Program-made: the position numbers and the translations under genes | NCBI GenBank assembly: GCA_946628065.1 | Contig: CAMOWC010000003.1 | Location: 35,670 to 99,669 of the forward strand | Length of the DNA: 64,000 nucleotides | Source: an uncultured Clostridiaceae bacterium | GTDB taxonomy: Bacteria; Bacillota; Clostridia; TANB77; CAG-508 | Reading direction: 5' to 3' | Notes under the pieces: generated by a model | Databases searched by the model: none | Told to the model about the DNA's origin: nothing | The model's input: the letters and a program-made list of their open reading frames with translations, nothing else | Shown here: piece after piece, positions 20,462-31,450 of the stretch | Layout of the letters: each line of letters begins with the position of its first letter | Position numbering within the stretch: position 1 is the first letter of the stretch

Positions 20462-20909
20462 CTAAAATCCAAACATTGCATATATAATACCTACAATGAT
20501 GGAAGCTGAAATTCCGTAAACAAGTACAGGACCGGCAACTGTAAACATTTTAGCTCCAACTCCCATAACATATCCTTCAGACTTATATTCCATAGCAGGA
20601 GAAACAATTGAATTTGAAAAACCGGTAATGGGTACAAGTGATCCTGCACCAGCAAACTTACCAATACGATTAAAAACATTTAGTGCAGTTAAAAATGCAC
20701 TAATAAATATTAAACAAATGGAAACAACAGTTGTGCAGGATTCTTGAGCCAATCCGGCTTGCTTGCATGCTTCCCAGATTAATTGCCCAACTACGCAAAT
20801 TAAACCTCCGTACCCAAAAAGCATTAAAACAGTTTTTCAAAATAGGAGAATTAGGCGACTTAATATTAACATAGTATTGATAATCATTTTTTGAATCTAA
20901 AGGGTTCAT
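20462..20909 (-). CDS. spoVAC: Stage V sporulation protein AC, frame interrupted at in-frame CGG (complement of 20808-20810)
   Basis: PILKNCFNAFWV in frame 0 joins GGLICVVGQLIWEAC in frame +1 exactly at gta-[c]-gga. The SpoVAC consensus is LKNCxKAFLVGGLICxIGQ. Confidence 0.85.
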
Positions 20910-20922
20910 AAGAATTTCCTTT

Positions 20923-21144
20923 CTATTCTCGATCGTGATCTATTGTAAAACATAGATCTAAATCTACTAAATATTCAACAATTTTTTTTCCATTAATTCT
21001 AGCACTTTGTTCCAAAATGGTTACACGAGAAAGGTAATCGATAGTTTTTGATGCTTCATTTATTGTTTGAGTAATCGCATCTTTCCAAGATACTTCTGAA
21101 GAACCTGTTAAACGTAAATGTTTTTCTGTAGCCAAAATAATCAT
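20923..21144 (-). CDS. Dodecin-family protein
   Basis: LRLTGSSEVSWKDAITQTINEASKTIDYLSRVTILEQSARINGKKIVEYLVDLDLCF matches the dodecin pattern. Confidence 0.7.
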   Translation of the reverse strand: MIILATEKHLRLTGSSEVSWKDAITQTINEASKTIDYLSRVTILEQSARINGKKIVEYLVDLDLCFTIDHDRE

Positions 21145-21428
21145 CTCCTAAAATATAATTTTGATATTATATTTTCCTATTTGGCTAAATTTATGCATTA
21201 CAAAACAAGTAAAATAACTATAAAAAGCAATTATTACATTAATATTACATTTAGATTACAAGTGTGTTAAATATATTGACTTTTAAAGACAAAAATATAA
21301 AATAAATACATGAATTGAGTCGATTTTTATAACTATACCGAAATTAAGAAAATATTTCAGGGTATTTATAAATATAAAAATGTAAATGATAATTAACAAC
21401 AAGGAAAAATAGGCAAAGGAGAAAGTGC

Positions 21429-23066
21429 ATGCCAAGCTGTTTAGGAATTTATATTGAAAGTAATTTAATTAAATATGCCAAAATTGCCAAAGAGCGTGAC
21501 ACTGTTAAAGTAGATGCTTATGGAGTTAAGTTTTATGAAAACTTAGCAGAAGCAATAGAACAAGTTATAAATGAAACTTATAGCTTTCGTGTACCTATAA
21601 GTGTAAATACTAATAACGAACAATACAACTATTTTGAAATGGCAAGACTACTTAGCGATAAAGATATGGGAAAAGCTATAGGAATTGAGTTTGAACTTCT
21701 GTGCGACGAAAAAGGATATAGCAAAGGCTCAATGGAAGGTCGCTATATACTTGTAAATAGCCAAGAAAACAGGGAAGTTGTTAAGGCTTTACACGTATCA
21801 TGTAGTAAGTCAGAAATAAGCAAACTTAATCAAGAATTTCAAAAAAATAATCTAAAAACAATAGTGCCTTTACCTATAGCTATTGCAAACAACGTTGAAA
21901 TAAGCGTTAAAGAAAATAGTGTTATATTAAACCTTGAAGAAAAAGCTACATTAACTACGATAATAAACGGCCAAATAAATAAAGTTGAAATACTTAATAA
22001 TGGAATGGACAGCATTTTTAACAAAATTAATAGTAAAGAAAATTCGTATGCAAAAGTGTATGATATATTGAAAAACACAACTATTTACACATCAGAAGGC
22101 AGAGATTTGCAAGAACAAGATAGCACTTATCTAGAAGATATTATGCCTACTTTATATGAAATTATATCAGAATCAAAAGATTACATTAGCAGAAACATAA
22201 GCAATATCGAAAAAATGTACATTACAGGGACAGGCTCACTAATAAACAATGTTGACTTGTATTTTCAGGAAAACCTGCCAAATGTAAAATGTGAATTACT
22301 TAAGCCATATTTTATGAAAAACGCATCTTTAAATTTAAATATGACAAATATAAAGGACTATATCGAAGTAAACTCAGCAATTGCGTTAGGGCTTCAAGGC
22401 ATAGGAGAAGGACTAAAAAGTGTAAACTTTAAATCCGAAAGTACCATGGAAAAACTAAAACAGATAGGTAGCATGGAGATTGGTGGAAAAAATAAAGCAA
22501 AGCCACAAACAGAAAAAAAACCTGGTATTAAATTTGACATGAATTTAAGTGGGAAATTAGATGGCACAGAAGTAATGCAATTAAGAATTGCAGGTGGAAT
22601 TTTTATAATAATTATTGCTTTTATAATTATTTCATTAATTGTAAATGGAATGATTAAAGACAAGAAAAAAGAAGCAGATGCGGTTATTAGCGATACACAG
22701 GCAAGAATCAAACAAATAAATGATGACACTCAAAAACTTAATGATAAAATAGCAGAATATAGTACACTTATAAGCAATTTAGAAGCAGTTAACCAAAAAA
22801 TAGCAGATGAAAATAGTGTAAAAAATGCTATACCAAATTTAATGAGTAGAATCATGGTTTACATTCCAAAAAATGTTAGAATTACATCTATAGAAAACAC
22901 GGAAAACAAACATATTGTTATAGGCGCGGAATCAAAAACATATGACGCTTTAGGCTATTTCCTTTCTGCAATTAACGCAAATGGCATTTTGGTAAATACA
23001 AAATCAAACAGCGGGACAAAGCAAGAAGATACGGTTAGAATTACAATAGAAGGAGACATGCCATGA
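21429..23066 (+). CDS. pilM: Type IV pilus assembly protein, PilM-like actin-fold ATPase domain fused to a PilN-like TM/coiled-coil part
   Basis: N-terminus LGIYIESNLIKYAKI; central TM IAGGIFIIIIAFIIISLIVNG; a coiled coil follows. First gene of the pil cluster. Confidence 0.7.
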   Translation: MPSCLGIYIESNLIKYAKIAKERDTVKVDAYGVKFYENLAEAIEQVINETYSFRVPISVNTNNEQYNYFEMARLLSDKDMGKAIGIEFELLCDEKGYSKGSMEGRYILVNSQENREVVKALHVSCSKSEISKLNQEFQKNNLKTIVPLPIAIANNVEISVKENSVILNLEEKATLTTIINGQINKVEILNNGMDSIFNKINSKENSYAKVYDILKNTTIYTSEGRDLQEQDSTYLEDIMPTLYEIISESKDYISRNISNIEKMYITGTGSLINNVDLYFQENLPNVKCELLKPYFMKNASLNLNMTNIKDYIEVNSAIALGLQGIGEGLKSVNFKSESTMEKLKQIGSMEIGGKNKAKPQTEKKPGIKFDMNLSGKLDGTEVMQLRIAGGIFIIIIAFIIISLIVNGMIKDKKKEADAVISDTQARIKQINDDTQKLNDKIAEYSTLISNLEAVNQKIADENSVKNAIPNLMSRIMVYIPKNVRITSIENTENKHIVIGAESKTYDALGYFLSAINANGILVNTKSNSGTKQEDTVRITIEGDMP

Positions 23067-23737
23067 GAAAAATTTTAATTGCTATTTTAATAATTTTATT
23101 ATTAGCACTAGCTTTTACAGTTGTTTTTAATGGAATGCATATTCAAATTGTTGACGTACTAAGTTATGGAGAACTTGGAGAAAAAAACAAAGAGCTTGAT
23201 GAAGCTATAAAAGAAGCAACAAGACTTACTGGTATAACATTTAAAGAATCGCAAGACAACTTAACTTCAACAGCAAAAAAACTAACAAGTAAAAAAGAAG
23301 AATATCAAGATAAGGTTGCATACTCAAGCGAAGAAGAGGTAAGAAGAGCAACAGAAATAAAAACATATCAAATTGACTATTTGTTCTCACACATAGGAAA
23401 CTATGCAGAAAACAAATTTGGTTTGGATTTGAAATTAGATGCTATGCCAACTTCTGCAACAGGAGTATACGACATTAACTTTACTGTAAAAGGTAGATTT
23501 GCATTAATTTCTGATTTTATAAGGGCAATAGAAAATGACGACGAACTTAATTTTGTAATAGAAAAATTTAAAATTCTACCAGGTGAAAATGAAGAAGAAA
23601 GCAAAAATGCTGAAATTTTAAGAGCAACATTCACAGTGTCTCAAATAAGATTAGACGTTGATAACAGTATAACAAATACATCAGCAAGTGATTCCGAAGA
23701 TGATGAGAAACTACAAGCAACTAAAAATAATCCTTAA
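23063..23737 (+). CDS. pilO: PilO-like pilus assembly membrane protein
   Basis: N-terminal TM followed by a coiled coil. 4-nt overlap with pilM/N. Assignment rests on position and architecture only. Confidence 0.55.
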   Translation: MRKILIAILIILLLALAFTVVFNGMHIQIVDVLSYGELGEKNKELDEAIKEATRLTGITFKESQDNLTSTAKKLTSKKEEYQDKVAYSSEEEVRRATEIKTYQIDYLFSHIGNYAENKFGLDLKLDAMPTSATGVYDINFTVKGRFALISDFIRAIENDDELNFVIEKFKILPGENEEESKNAEILRATFTVSQIRLDVDNSITNTSASDSEDDEKLQATKNNP

Positions 23738-23758
23738 TTGCTTAAAGTGGAGGTAAAT

Positions 23759-24157
23759 ATGAAAAATGCAATCAAAGAAATATGCATAATGATATTATTA
23801 TGTATTGCAATAGCTTTGGTATTTGGAATTGCATTTTATGATTATATACCAATTAGTAAAGTAATTCCAAACAAAGTTGAATATGCAGTGCCAGAAGAAG
23901 TAAAAACAGAATTAGACAGTCAAACAGAGGTTGAAGAAGTAAAAACAAAACCAATTACTTATTATGTTTCGGCATCTGATTTAAAAGACTATGAAAGAGC
24001 AACAACATATCAACCAGGAAACCCAAACCCGTTTCAACCGTATGATATTAGTACAGAAAACAATGCTATAATAAATGGAACAGTAGGAAATAACACAACA
24101 TCAAATACTGTTAGAAACAACACGCAAACATACTATCCAAGTACAGGAACAAAATAA
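23759..24157 (+). CDS. Hypothetical single-pass membrane protein in the pil cluster
   Basis: GGAGG RBS; TM ICIMILLCIAIALVFGIAFY; N/T-rich tail. Confidence 0.5.
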   Translation: MKNAIKEICIMILLCIAIALVFGIAFYDYIPISKVIPNKVEYAVPEEVKTELDSQTEVEEVKTKPITYYVSASDLKDYERATTYQPGNPNPFQPYDISTENNAIINGTVGNNTTSNTVRNNTQTYYPSTGTK

Positions 24158-24215
24158 TTATGGTTATATTTATTTTATTAAATATATACAAAATATTTTT
24201 AAGGAGGAAAGTTTT

Positions 24216-24449
24216 ATGTTAAAAGAACAAAAAGGTATTACACTAGTAGCTTTAGTAATTACAGTTATTGTATTATTAATACTAGCTGGAACAGCTGTAA
24301 CACTTGCAATTGGAGGAGATGGAATCTTCACAAAATCAAACGAGTCAGTTCAAAAATACAATAACAAGGTTAACGAACAAGACGCTCAATTAACAAACGT
24401 TAATGCTAACCTTGACACATACTACAATAAATACATTAATGCTAACTAG
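24216..24449 (+). CDS. pilA: Short (77-aa) type IV pilin-like protein, probable major pilin
   Basis: MLKEQKG|ITLVALVITVIVLLILAGTAV is a prepilin leader plus hydrophobic helix. There is no Glu at +5. AGGAGG RBS and an own hairpin at about 24470-24508. Confidence 0.7.
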   Translation: MLKEQKGITLVALVITVIVLLILAGTAVTLAIGGDGIFTKSNESVQKYNNKVNEQDAQLTNVNANLDTYYNKYINAN

Positions 24450-24533
24450 TTTGAAAAAACATATTTAATTTAGGCATATGCATGACAACTTATGTATATG
24501 CCTTAAATTTTAAATTAATGAGGATACACGTAA

Positions 24534-25163
24534 ATGGACATATATTTGTATGCTATAATTTTTGTAATGGGATGCCTTACTGGGAGCTTCTGCACTTTAG
24601 CAGTATATCGTATTCCTATAGGAAGAGATATTACGCATGAAAGATCTTTCTGCCCAAATTGCAATCACAAATTAGGTTTTTTTGATTTAATACCTGTACT
24701 GAGCTATATATTTTTAGGTGGAAAGTGCAGATATTGTGGACAGAAAATACGTATAAGATATTTAATATTAGAAATCACATCAGGTATTATTTTGCTAGTT
24801 TATGGCTTATCACTTAATATGAGTTTCCAAGAGATGACAATATATAAAATAGTGCAATTCTTTTTTGGAATGATTTTTATCACTGCAATACTGATAATTG
24901 CAGGAATAGATAAAGAAAGAAAACAAATACAAAAGCAAGTTTTAATTTTTGCTATAATTTTAGTATTCATATATATATTATATCTATCCATAGTAGAAAA
25001 AACTAATATAGATAGATATGCTATATATTTATTTTTCATGTTTGTTTATTTTTGCATTTATTTATGTGACAGAATTTCTAAGAAACCTAGGAAAAATGCA
25101 ATTGGATTTTATATAAGTATTTGTAATTTAATAGCTGTAATAGTTGGAAATTTTACAATGTGA
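24534..25163 (+). CDS. pilD: Prepilin peptidase (A24 family), short form
   Basis: N-terminal Cys-rich FCPNCNHKLGFFDLIPVLSYIFLGGKCRYCGQKI. The first Asp motif AGIDKE is present. The canonical GxGDxK second motif is not evident. Confidence 0.7.
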   Translation: MDIYLYAIIFVMGCLTGSFCTLAVYRIPIGRDITHERSFCPNCNHKLGFFDLIPVLSYIFLGGKCRYCGQKIRIRYLILEITSGIILLVYGLSLNMSFQEMTIYKIVQFFFGMIFITAILIIAGIDKERKQIQKQVLIFAIILVFIYILYLSIVEKTNIDRYAIYLFFMFVYFCIYLCDRISKKPRKNAIGFYISICNLIAVIVGNFTM

Positions 25164-25176
25164 GAGGAAGAAGAAT

Positions 25177-26166
25177 ATGAAGGATTTTTTACGATCGCAA
25201 AAAGGTTATACAGGAGTGGATTTAGCTGTTGCAATAGTTATTCTATCCATATTTACACTTTTAATTTCTACAATATTTGTAAATATATATATGCAGTATA
25301 CAGAAGCAAGCAGAAGCGCTGCGGCAACTTCATATGCTACTGCCATAGCTGAAAACATTGATAAAATATATTACCAAGATGTAACACAAGGCTCAAGTGC
25401 AATTTCTACTGCAATACAGAATGCTAACTTACCTAATGGATATAATGCAGAAGTCAATGTAAGCAGTGCTATAGACGCTGGAAAAGATTTAGTAAAAAAC
25501 ATAGAAATAATGGTAACATATAAAGTTGGAAGTAATACGAAAAACATAACCATAAAAAGACTAAAAGCAAAAGAAATATTAATTATACCAAATAAACCTA
25601 AAATAGTATCTGGAATGGTTCCAGTTAAATATGTAATAACTGATTATGCAAGTCAAACAGGATACTGGCAAATAACAACAGAAAAAGATACAACATGGTA
25701 TAATTATGAAAACAAAAATTGGGCTTGTGCTATGGCACTAAATGGCTTAACTATTGAAGGAGAAGAAATTATTACAGAATCAAATAAGGAATTAATGGCA
25801 GGAAGACGTGTAACAAATGCAAGTGTCACATTTTCATGGATTCCAAGATATGCGTACAATTCTTCATCAGGAGACATAAAATTTATTTACAGCACAACTG
25901 ATAAAACAGTTGATAATAAGGGAGAATTAGCAGATAAAGGAAGCCAATATGTTATAAATAATTCATTTGAAGCAAACTCTGGATTTTGGATAAGCCAAAC
26001 AGAAACTAATTCTTCAGAAACGGGGGATTTCGGATCTGCTATGATAAATCCAATGACTAGTGAACAGAGAACTGCTGTTACAAATTTATCAAATAGCAAA
26101 TACGGATTAGGCTCATCAATATGGACTAATTTAACTAATGCAAGGCTTGTTGTAACATTGAATTAA
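25177..26166 (+). CDS. Pilin-like protein (minor pilin candidate)
   Basis: MKDFLRSQKG|YTGVDLAVAIVILSIFTLLISTIFV followed by a roughly 300-aa variable domain. Confidence 0.6.
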   Translation: MKDFLRSQKGYTGVDLAVAIVILSIFTLLISTIFVNIYMQYTEASRSAAATSYATAIAENIDKIYYQDVTQGSSAISTAIQNANLPNGYNAEVNVSSAIDAGKDLVKNIEIMVTYKVGSNTKNITIKRLKAKEILIIPNKPKIVSGMVPVKYVITDYASQTGYWQITTEKDTTWYNYENKNWACAMALNGLTIEGEEIITESNKELMAGRRVTNASVTFSWIPRYAYNSSSGDIKFIYSTTDKTVDNKGELADKGSQYVINNSFEANSGFWISQTETNSSETGDFGSAMINPMTSEQRTAVTNLSNSKYGLGSSIWTNLTNARLVVTLN

Positions 26167-26278
26167 ACTGGTAATTTTTTGTAAATGACAAAAAAGCCTA
26201 TAAAAAAATAGAATAATCATATATAATAATTATATAAGACAATTTATTATACGTACAAAAGAAAGGAGAACCATTTAT

Positions 26279-27911
26279 ATGGCAGCTGAAGCAAGAAGAA
26301 AAACGCCAATGGGAATTGAACTTGTAAGAAGAGGTATTGTAACGCAAAGTGACATTGAACGTGCAATGGAATACCAAAAAGCAAGCCCAAATAAAAAAAT
26401 AGGAGATATACTTCATATACTTGATTTAGGTGACCAAAATGCGCTTATACAAGCTATTGGTGAAATCATGGGCGAAAAAAGTATGATTCTTAGATATGGA
26501 GATATTACATTAAATGTTACAGATTACATTTCTCTAGATGTTGCAAAACAAAATAAAGCAATACCATTTGAAATCTCAAATGGTAAAGTAAAGGTATGCT
26601 TTGCAGATACTACAAACAAGAGAATAATGGATACTGTAAGATTACTATTACTAAATAGAGGATTAGTTATGGAGCGTTATATTACTTTTGAAAGTAATAT
26701 AGACGAAATACTAGAAAGTTTTGAAGGACAAGCCTCAGAGAATATAACAATAAGCAGAGACGTTACTACGCTTATTGATAGTATCATTAAAACTGGAATG
26801 GAAAAAAGAGCAAGCGACATTCACATAGAACCATTAGAAAATGAAATTAGAGTACGTTATCGTATAGATGGAGAGCTATTAACAGTAGCAAATATAGAAA
26901 AAGAAAAACAACTACAAATAATACGGAAGATTAAAAGCTATTTCAAATATGCACCAAGAAAAACAGGAATCTCAAGATGGAAGGATACTGATTTATCCGG
27001 ACTATAACATTCGTGTTTCTTCACAAAAAAATATATATGGTGAAAAATTCGTTTTACGTTTATTAAAGAAAAATGCTGGAATAAAAAGGATATTTGAATT
27101 AGGCTTTCCAGAAGATGAAACACTTGTTAATAAATGTTTCAACAAAAGAAACAGTATTTCTATTATAGCTGCACCAACTGGAGAAGGTAAAACAACAACT
27201 TTATATAGTATTATAGACTTTTTAAATAGTCCAAATATAAATATTACCACCATTGAAGACCCAGTAGAAATTCGTATACCTGGGCTAAACCAAATAGAAA
27301 TTGATGCTAAAACATCATTTTCAGGATCATTACGTACAGTTTTAAGACAAGACCCTGATATCATACTTGTTGGAGAAATCCGTGACCTAGAAACTGCAGA
27401 AATAGCAATGCAATCTGGACAAACAGGACACTACGTTTTGTCAACAATACATACAATTGATGCAATAGAGGTTATTACCAGACTTCGTAAATTAGGAATA
27501 TCAAATTACGATATAGCAAGTACAGTAGCATCTGCTGTTTCACAAAGACTTGTTAGAAAGCTTTGCCCACATTGTAAAAAAGAAAGAAACTTTACTGATG
27601 AGGAAAAGAAAGTAATAGAGACAATAGGAAAAAAATATGGGGTAGATTTTGACACAAGTGGAAAAACATATGATGCTATTGGGTGCAAAGAATGTAACCA
27701 AATAGGATATTACGATAGAATTGGTATTTTTGAAATACTATCAATTGAGGATGAAATAAAGCAGTTAATTGTAGATGATGCATCAAGTATAGAAATAAGA
27801 AATGAAGCTTTAAAACATAGTTATAAACCACTGGTAATTGACGGAATTGGCAAGGTAATAAATGGAACAACTAACCTTGCTGAAATAAACAAAAAATTGT
27901 TAATATATTAA
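26279..27911 (+). CDS. pilB: Type IV pilus assembly ATPase PilB/GspE, frame interrupted at in-frame CGG 26924-26926
   Basis: N-terminal T2SSE_N/MshEN-like region (GIELVRRGIVTQSDIERAMEYQ), Walker A AAPTGEGKTTT, and a tetracysteine CPHC...CKEC. Skipping C26924 gives LQIIGRLKAISNMHQEKQESQDGRI. The +1 frame has a stop at 26919-26921, so the shift window starts right at the CGG. Confidence 0.88.
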
Positions 27912-27935
27912 ACCTAAGATTTAGGAGGGAAACTA

Positions 27936-29033
27936 ATGATAGCAATAGAAAAAGTACTAAAAACAGCTAAAGAAGAGGATGCATCGGATATACACCTTAT
28001 ATGTGGACTAAAGCCAATGCTTAGAATTGCAAGAGCATTAATACCAATGGAAGATATTAAAGAATTGACTGAAGACGACATGTGGGAAATTTACGACTAC
28101 ATTGTCAAAGGAAATATTGACAAAGATGAAATGTTTCGTAAAAGCAGAAAACTGGATTGCTCAATAGATTTTGAAGATATAAGATTAAGGGTAAATATTT
28201 CTTTTTCAGATGAAATACCAGTTTTTACACTTAGAATAATAAAAAATAAATTACCTAAATTTAGCGATTTAGGAGTCCCAGAAGTAGTAAGACGTATGAC
28301 ATTCCAGCCACAAGGGCTAATGTTAGTTACAGGAAAAACAAACTCAGGAAAAACTACAACATTAAATGCACTAATAAATGAAATAAATGAAACACAAAAC
28401 AGAAAGATTTTAACGCTAGAAAGCCCTATAGAATTTAAACATACAAGCAAAAAATCTGTAATAGTTCAAAAAGAAGTAGGACAAGGGAGAGACTCTCTTA
28501 ATTACCATGATGGTGTTAAGAATTCCTTAAGAGAAGACTGTGATATACTTGTTATAGGAGAGATACGTGATAGAGAAACCATGGATGCTGCAATTGAAAT
28601 GGCAGAGTCAGGACATTTGGTTATTGGAACACTACATACAAAATCTTGTGCGGAAACTATCGACAGAATGATTAATTTTTATGATATAAGTGATCAAACC
28701 ACTATTAAATATTTGATTTCAAGCTTATTAAAGTTAGTTATATCGCAAAGACTACTTAAAGGAACAAGTGACCAGTTGATACTTGTTCCAGAAGTAATGG
28801 TTGTAGACAATGTTATAGCAGGATGTATACGAAAGGACAAATTTAGTATATCAGAGCTACAAGATGGAATGCAAAGCAGTATAGATAAAGGTAATATCAC
28901 ACTAATAAATTCAATTGCCAAATTATTAGTTGAAGAGAAAATAACATTAGACCAAGCAAAAGCACAAATCGAAGAAAAAAATATAGATACATTAAACAGA
29001 ACAGTAATGCAAATGAGAATACAAAGACAATAA
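27936..29033 (+). CDS. pilT: Twitching-motility retraction ATPase PilT
   Basis: ASDIHLICGLKPMLRI, Walker A TGKTNSGKTTT, and the GHLVIGTLHT motif. Confidence 0.9.
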   Translation: MIAIEKVLKTAKEEDASDIHLICGLKPMLRIARALIPMEDIKELTEDDMWEIYDYIVKGNIDKDEMFRKSRKLDCSIDFEDIRLRVNISFSDEIPVFTLRIIKNKLPKFSDLGVPEVVRRMTFQPQGLMLVTGKTNSGKTTTLNALINEINETQNRKILTLESPIEFKHTSKKSVIVQKEVGQGRDSLNYHDGVKNSLREDCDILVIGEIRDRETMDAAIEMAESGHLVIGTLHTKSCAETIDRMINFYDISDQTTIKYLISSLLKLVISQRLLKGTSDQLILVPEVMVVDNVIAGCIRKDKFSISELQDGMQSSIDKGNITLINSIAKLLVEEKITLDQAKAQIEEKNIDTLNRTVMQMRIQRQ

Positions 29034-29054
29034 TAAGAAGGGGGGGCATAAACT

Positions 29055-30401
29055 GTGCCAGTATATTCCTACAGAGCGCTTACAAAGCAAGGCCTCGAGG
29101 TAAAAAACAGAGTCGAAGATACTAGTAGATTCAGCCTAATAAAAAAACTAAAAAGAAATAACCTTATGCCAATCAGCGTAGTGCAAATAAACAACAGAGG
29201 CAGAGATAAAAGAAAAAGAGGGAAGAATACAGACATTGATTCAGTCCTCAAAAAGGTAAATGCAGCTGATATTAGAGCAAAATCAGGAACAAAAAAAATA
29301 ACATTAAAAGATAAAATTGGGCTTTGGGTTTCGGGAGGAGAAAGGATAAAGCCGAGAGATGTTATGGTATTTACTCAAAACTTTTACTTACTTAAAAAAG
29401 CCAATTTTAACAATATCCATGCGCTTTCAACAATTATTGATAGCACAGACAACTTGACATTCCGTGCAGTGCTTGAGGATATTTTAGCTGGTGTTGAAGC
29501 TGGTGAAAACATGTATACAACTATGGAATATTATTCTTCAATATTTCCATATATATATATTAATATAATTAAAGTTGGTGAAATGTCAGGATCTCTTACA
29601 CAGTCACTGCAACAAGCTATAACATATTTAGACGAAGCTACTGCAATGACTAAAAAAATACGAAGTATATTAATACCAAATTTATTACAATTTGGTGGAA
29701 TATTAATAATGCTTGTATTAGGTACATTACTTGCAATACCACAAATACAAAACGTATTTGATACAGTAGGGACAACGGAACAATTACCAGCTATTACACT
29801 TTGGTTTAAAGAATTCTTGGATGGAGTAATTGCACATTGGTATATTCCTACAATAATTATTGCTGGAATAGCCGTTGCAATTGTTTCGTATATTAGAACT
29901 CCTAAAGGAAGATATAATTTTGATTATTTTAAATACACTATGCCAGTATTTGGAAAGCTTATATATGCACTTGACTTTGAAAGACTTATAAGAGCAATAT
30001 TACTTAACATTCAAAATGGAATGAGAATTCAGGACGCAATTGAAGTTAGTAAAAGCGTCACAAAAAACTACGTTATGCTATCAATGATAGAGACATCTAT
30101 AAACAACATTTTAATAGGACAATCATGGATTGAACCTTTTGAAAAATCTGGGTTATCATCAACCATGATAACAGAGATGCTAAAAATAGGAATGCAAACA
30201 GACTTAGCAGAAATGATGGAAAAATTACTTGAATACATGGAGATTGACATAGAAAACATATTACAGAAGATTATGAAAGCATTGCCACAAATTGTATACT
30301 CAATAGTTGGTGTAGTATTAATTTTCTTTGTTTTAGTAGTTTTAGTACCAATGATTCAAGTATATATGGGTACATTCTTATTCTCAGCAGCAGGAGTTTA
30401 A
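29055..30401 (+). CDS. pilC: Type IV pilus platform protein PilC/GspF
   Basis: Two GspF repeats (FTQNFYLLKKANFNNIHAL..., LIRAILLNIQNGMRIQDAI...) with 3 TM segments. GTG start. Terminator at 30411-30437. Confidence 0.88.
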   Translation: MPVYSYRALTKQGLEVKNRVEDTSRFSLIKKLKRNNLMPISVVQINNRGRDKRKRGKNTDIDSVLKKVNAADIRAKSGTKKITLKDKIGLWVSGGERIKPRDVMVFTQNFYLLKKANFNNIHALSTIIDSTDNLTFRAVLEDILAGVEAGENMYTTMEYYSSIFPYIYINIIKVGEMSGSLTQSLQQAITYLDEATAMTKKIRSILIPNLLQFGGILIMLVLGTLLAIPQIQNVFDTVGTTEQLPAITLWFKEFLDGVIAHWYIPTIIIAGIAVAIVSYIRTPKGRYNFDYFKYTMPVFGKLIYALDFERLIRAILLNIQNGMRIQDAIEVSKSVTKNYVMLSMIETSINNILIGQSWIEPFEKSGLSSTMITEMLKIGMQTDLAEMMEKLLEYMEIDIENILQKIMKALPQIVYSIVGVVLIFFVLVVLVPMIQVYMGTFLFSAAGV

Positions 30402-30485
30402 AAAAGAATAAAAAAAGCGGGTATATTCCCGCTTTTTTGAGTTAACAAATACGCGAAAATACCATTTCCAAAGGAGGAAAAACAA

Positions 30486-31392
30486 ATGAAAATAGGGATA
30501 GATTTAGGTGGAAGCCATATAGCAGTTGGATTAATTAGCGAGGATTATGCTATTTTAGAAAAATCAGAAGAGAACTTTTCAGCAGAAGAAAAACAAAATA
30601 TAAAAGAAGTATTAATTCCAAAAATAAAAAACAATATTAATATAGTATTAAACAAGAGAAACCTAATATATAGTGATATTGAAAACATAGGAGTTGCATG
30701 CCCGGGAACTGTATTCAAAGGTGAAATAATAAAAGCAGGAAATTTAGGAATGGAGCACTATAAATTAAAAGAAGCAATTGAGAGAGAACTTGATATTGAA
30801 GTGAATGTTGAAAATGATGGAAAGTGCGCAGCTATGGCAGAAAAGAAAATAGGGGCATTAAAAGAATATGAAGATTGCATCTTTATGAACTTAGGAACCG
30901 GAATTGGAGGAGCTGTTTTCTTAGAACGGCAAAATGCTAAAAACTAAACATGGCTCAGCATTTGAATTAGGTCACATGACAATAGAAAAAGATGGAATCC
31001 AGTGTACTTGTGGAAAAAAAGGATGCTTTGAAAGATATGCTTCAATGAGAGTTCTAAAAGAAAATATAAGGAAAGAATATGGATTAGGGCAAGATACTCA
31101 TAGTAGAGAATTAATGCAGATCTTAGGGAATGGCAGTTTGCTATCAAATACATTATTAGAAGAATACTTAAATAACCTAAAAATAGGAATTGCAAATTTA
31201 ATCGATTTATTTGAACCAGAAGCAATTTGTATAGGGGGTAGTTTTGCATATTATGAAAACTTATTTTTAGAACCTCTTAAACAAAAAATATACGCAGAGC
31301 ACGCAACATTTAATGAAAGAAAAGACATAGATATACTTACAGCAAAAATGCAAAACAACGCAGGCATCGTAGGCGCCTGCATGATAAATTAA
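30486..31392 (+). CDS. ROK-family glucokinase, frame interrupted at in-frame CGG 30927-30929
   Basis: MKIGIDLGGSHIAVGL, NDGKCAAMAE, LGTGIGGAVFLE|GKMLKTKHGSAFELGHM and CTCGKKGCFERYAS. The +1 frame has a stop at 30922-30924, so the shift is confined to the CGG. Confidence 0.85.
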
Positions 31393-31402
31393 AACACATC
31401 AT

Positions 31403-31450
31403 TTTAAGGACGCGTCTAAAAATTATCATTATTTTAGGGACGCGTCCCTA
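31403..31450. repeat. Copy 2 (degenerate) of the GGGACGxxTCTAAAAATTAT palindromic element
   Basis: TTTAAGGACGCGTCTAAAAATTATCATTATTTTAGGGACGCGTCCCTA lies directly 3' of the ROK kinase stop. It contains the self-complementary GGGACGCGTCCC. Confidence 0.65.

Noticed and set aside
21145-21428. A c-di-GMP riboswitch upstream of the pilus operon, as seen upstream of pilA1 in some clostridia.
   Set aside because: The region is extremely AT-rich and shows none of the conserved G/C-rich helices or GGCAAACC-type motifs. Only a plausible promoter was seen.
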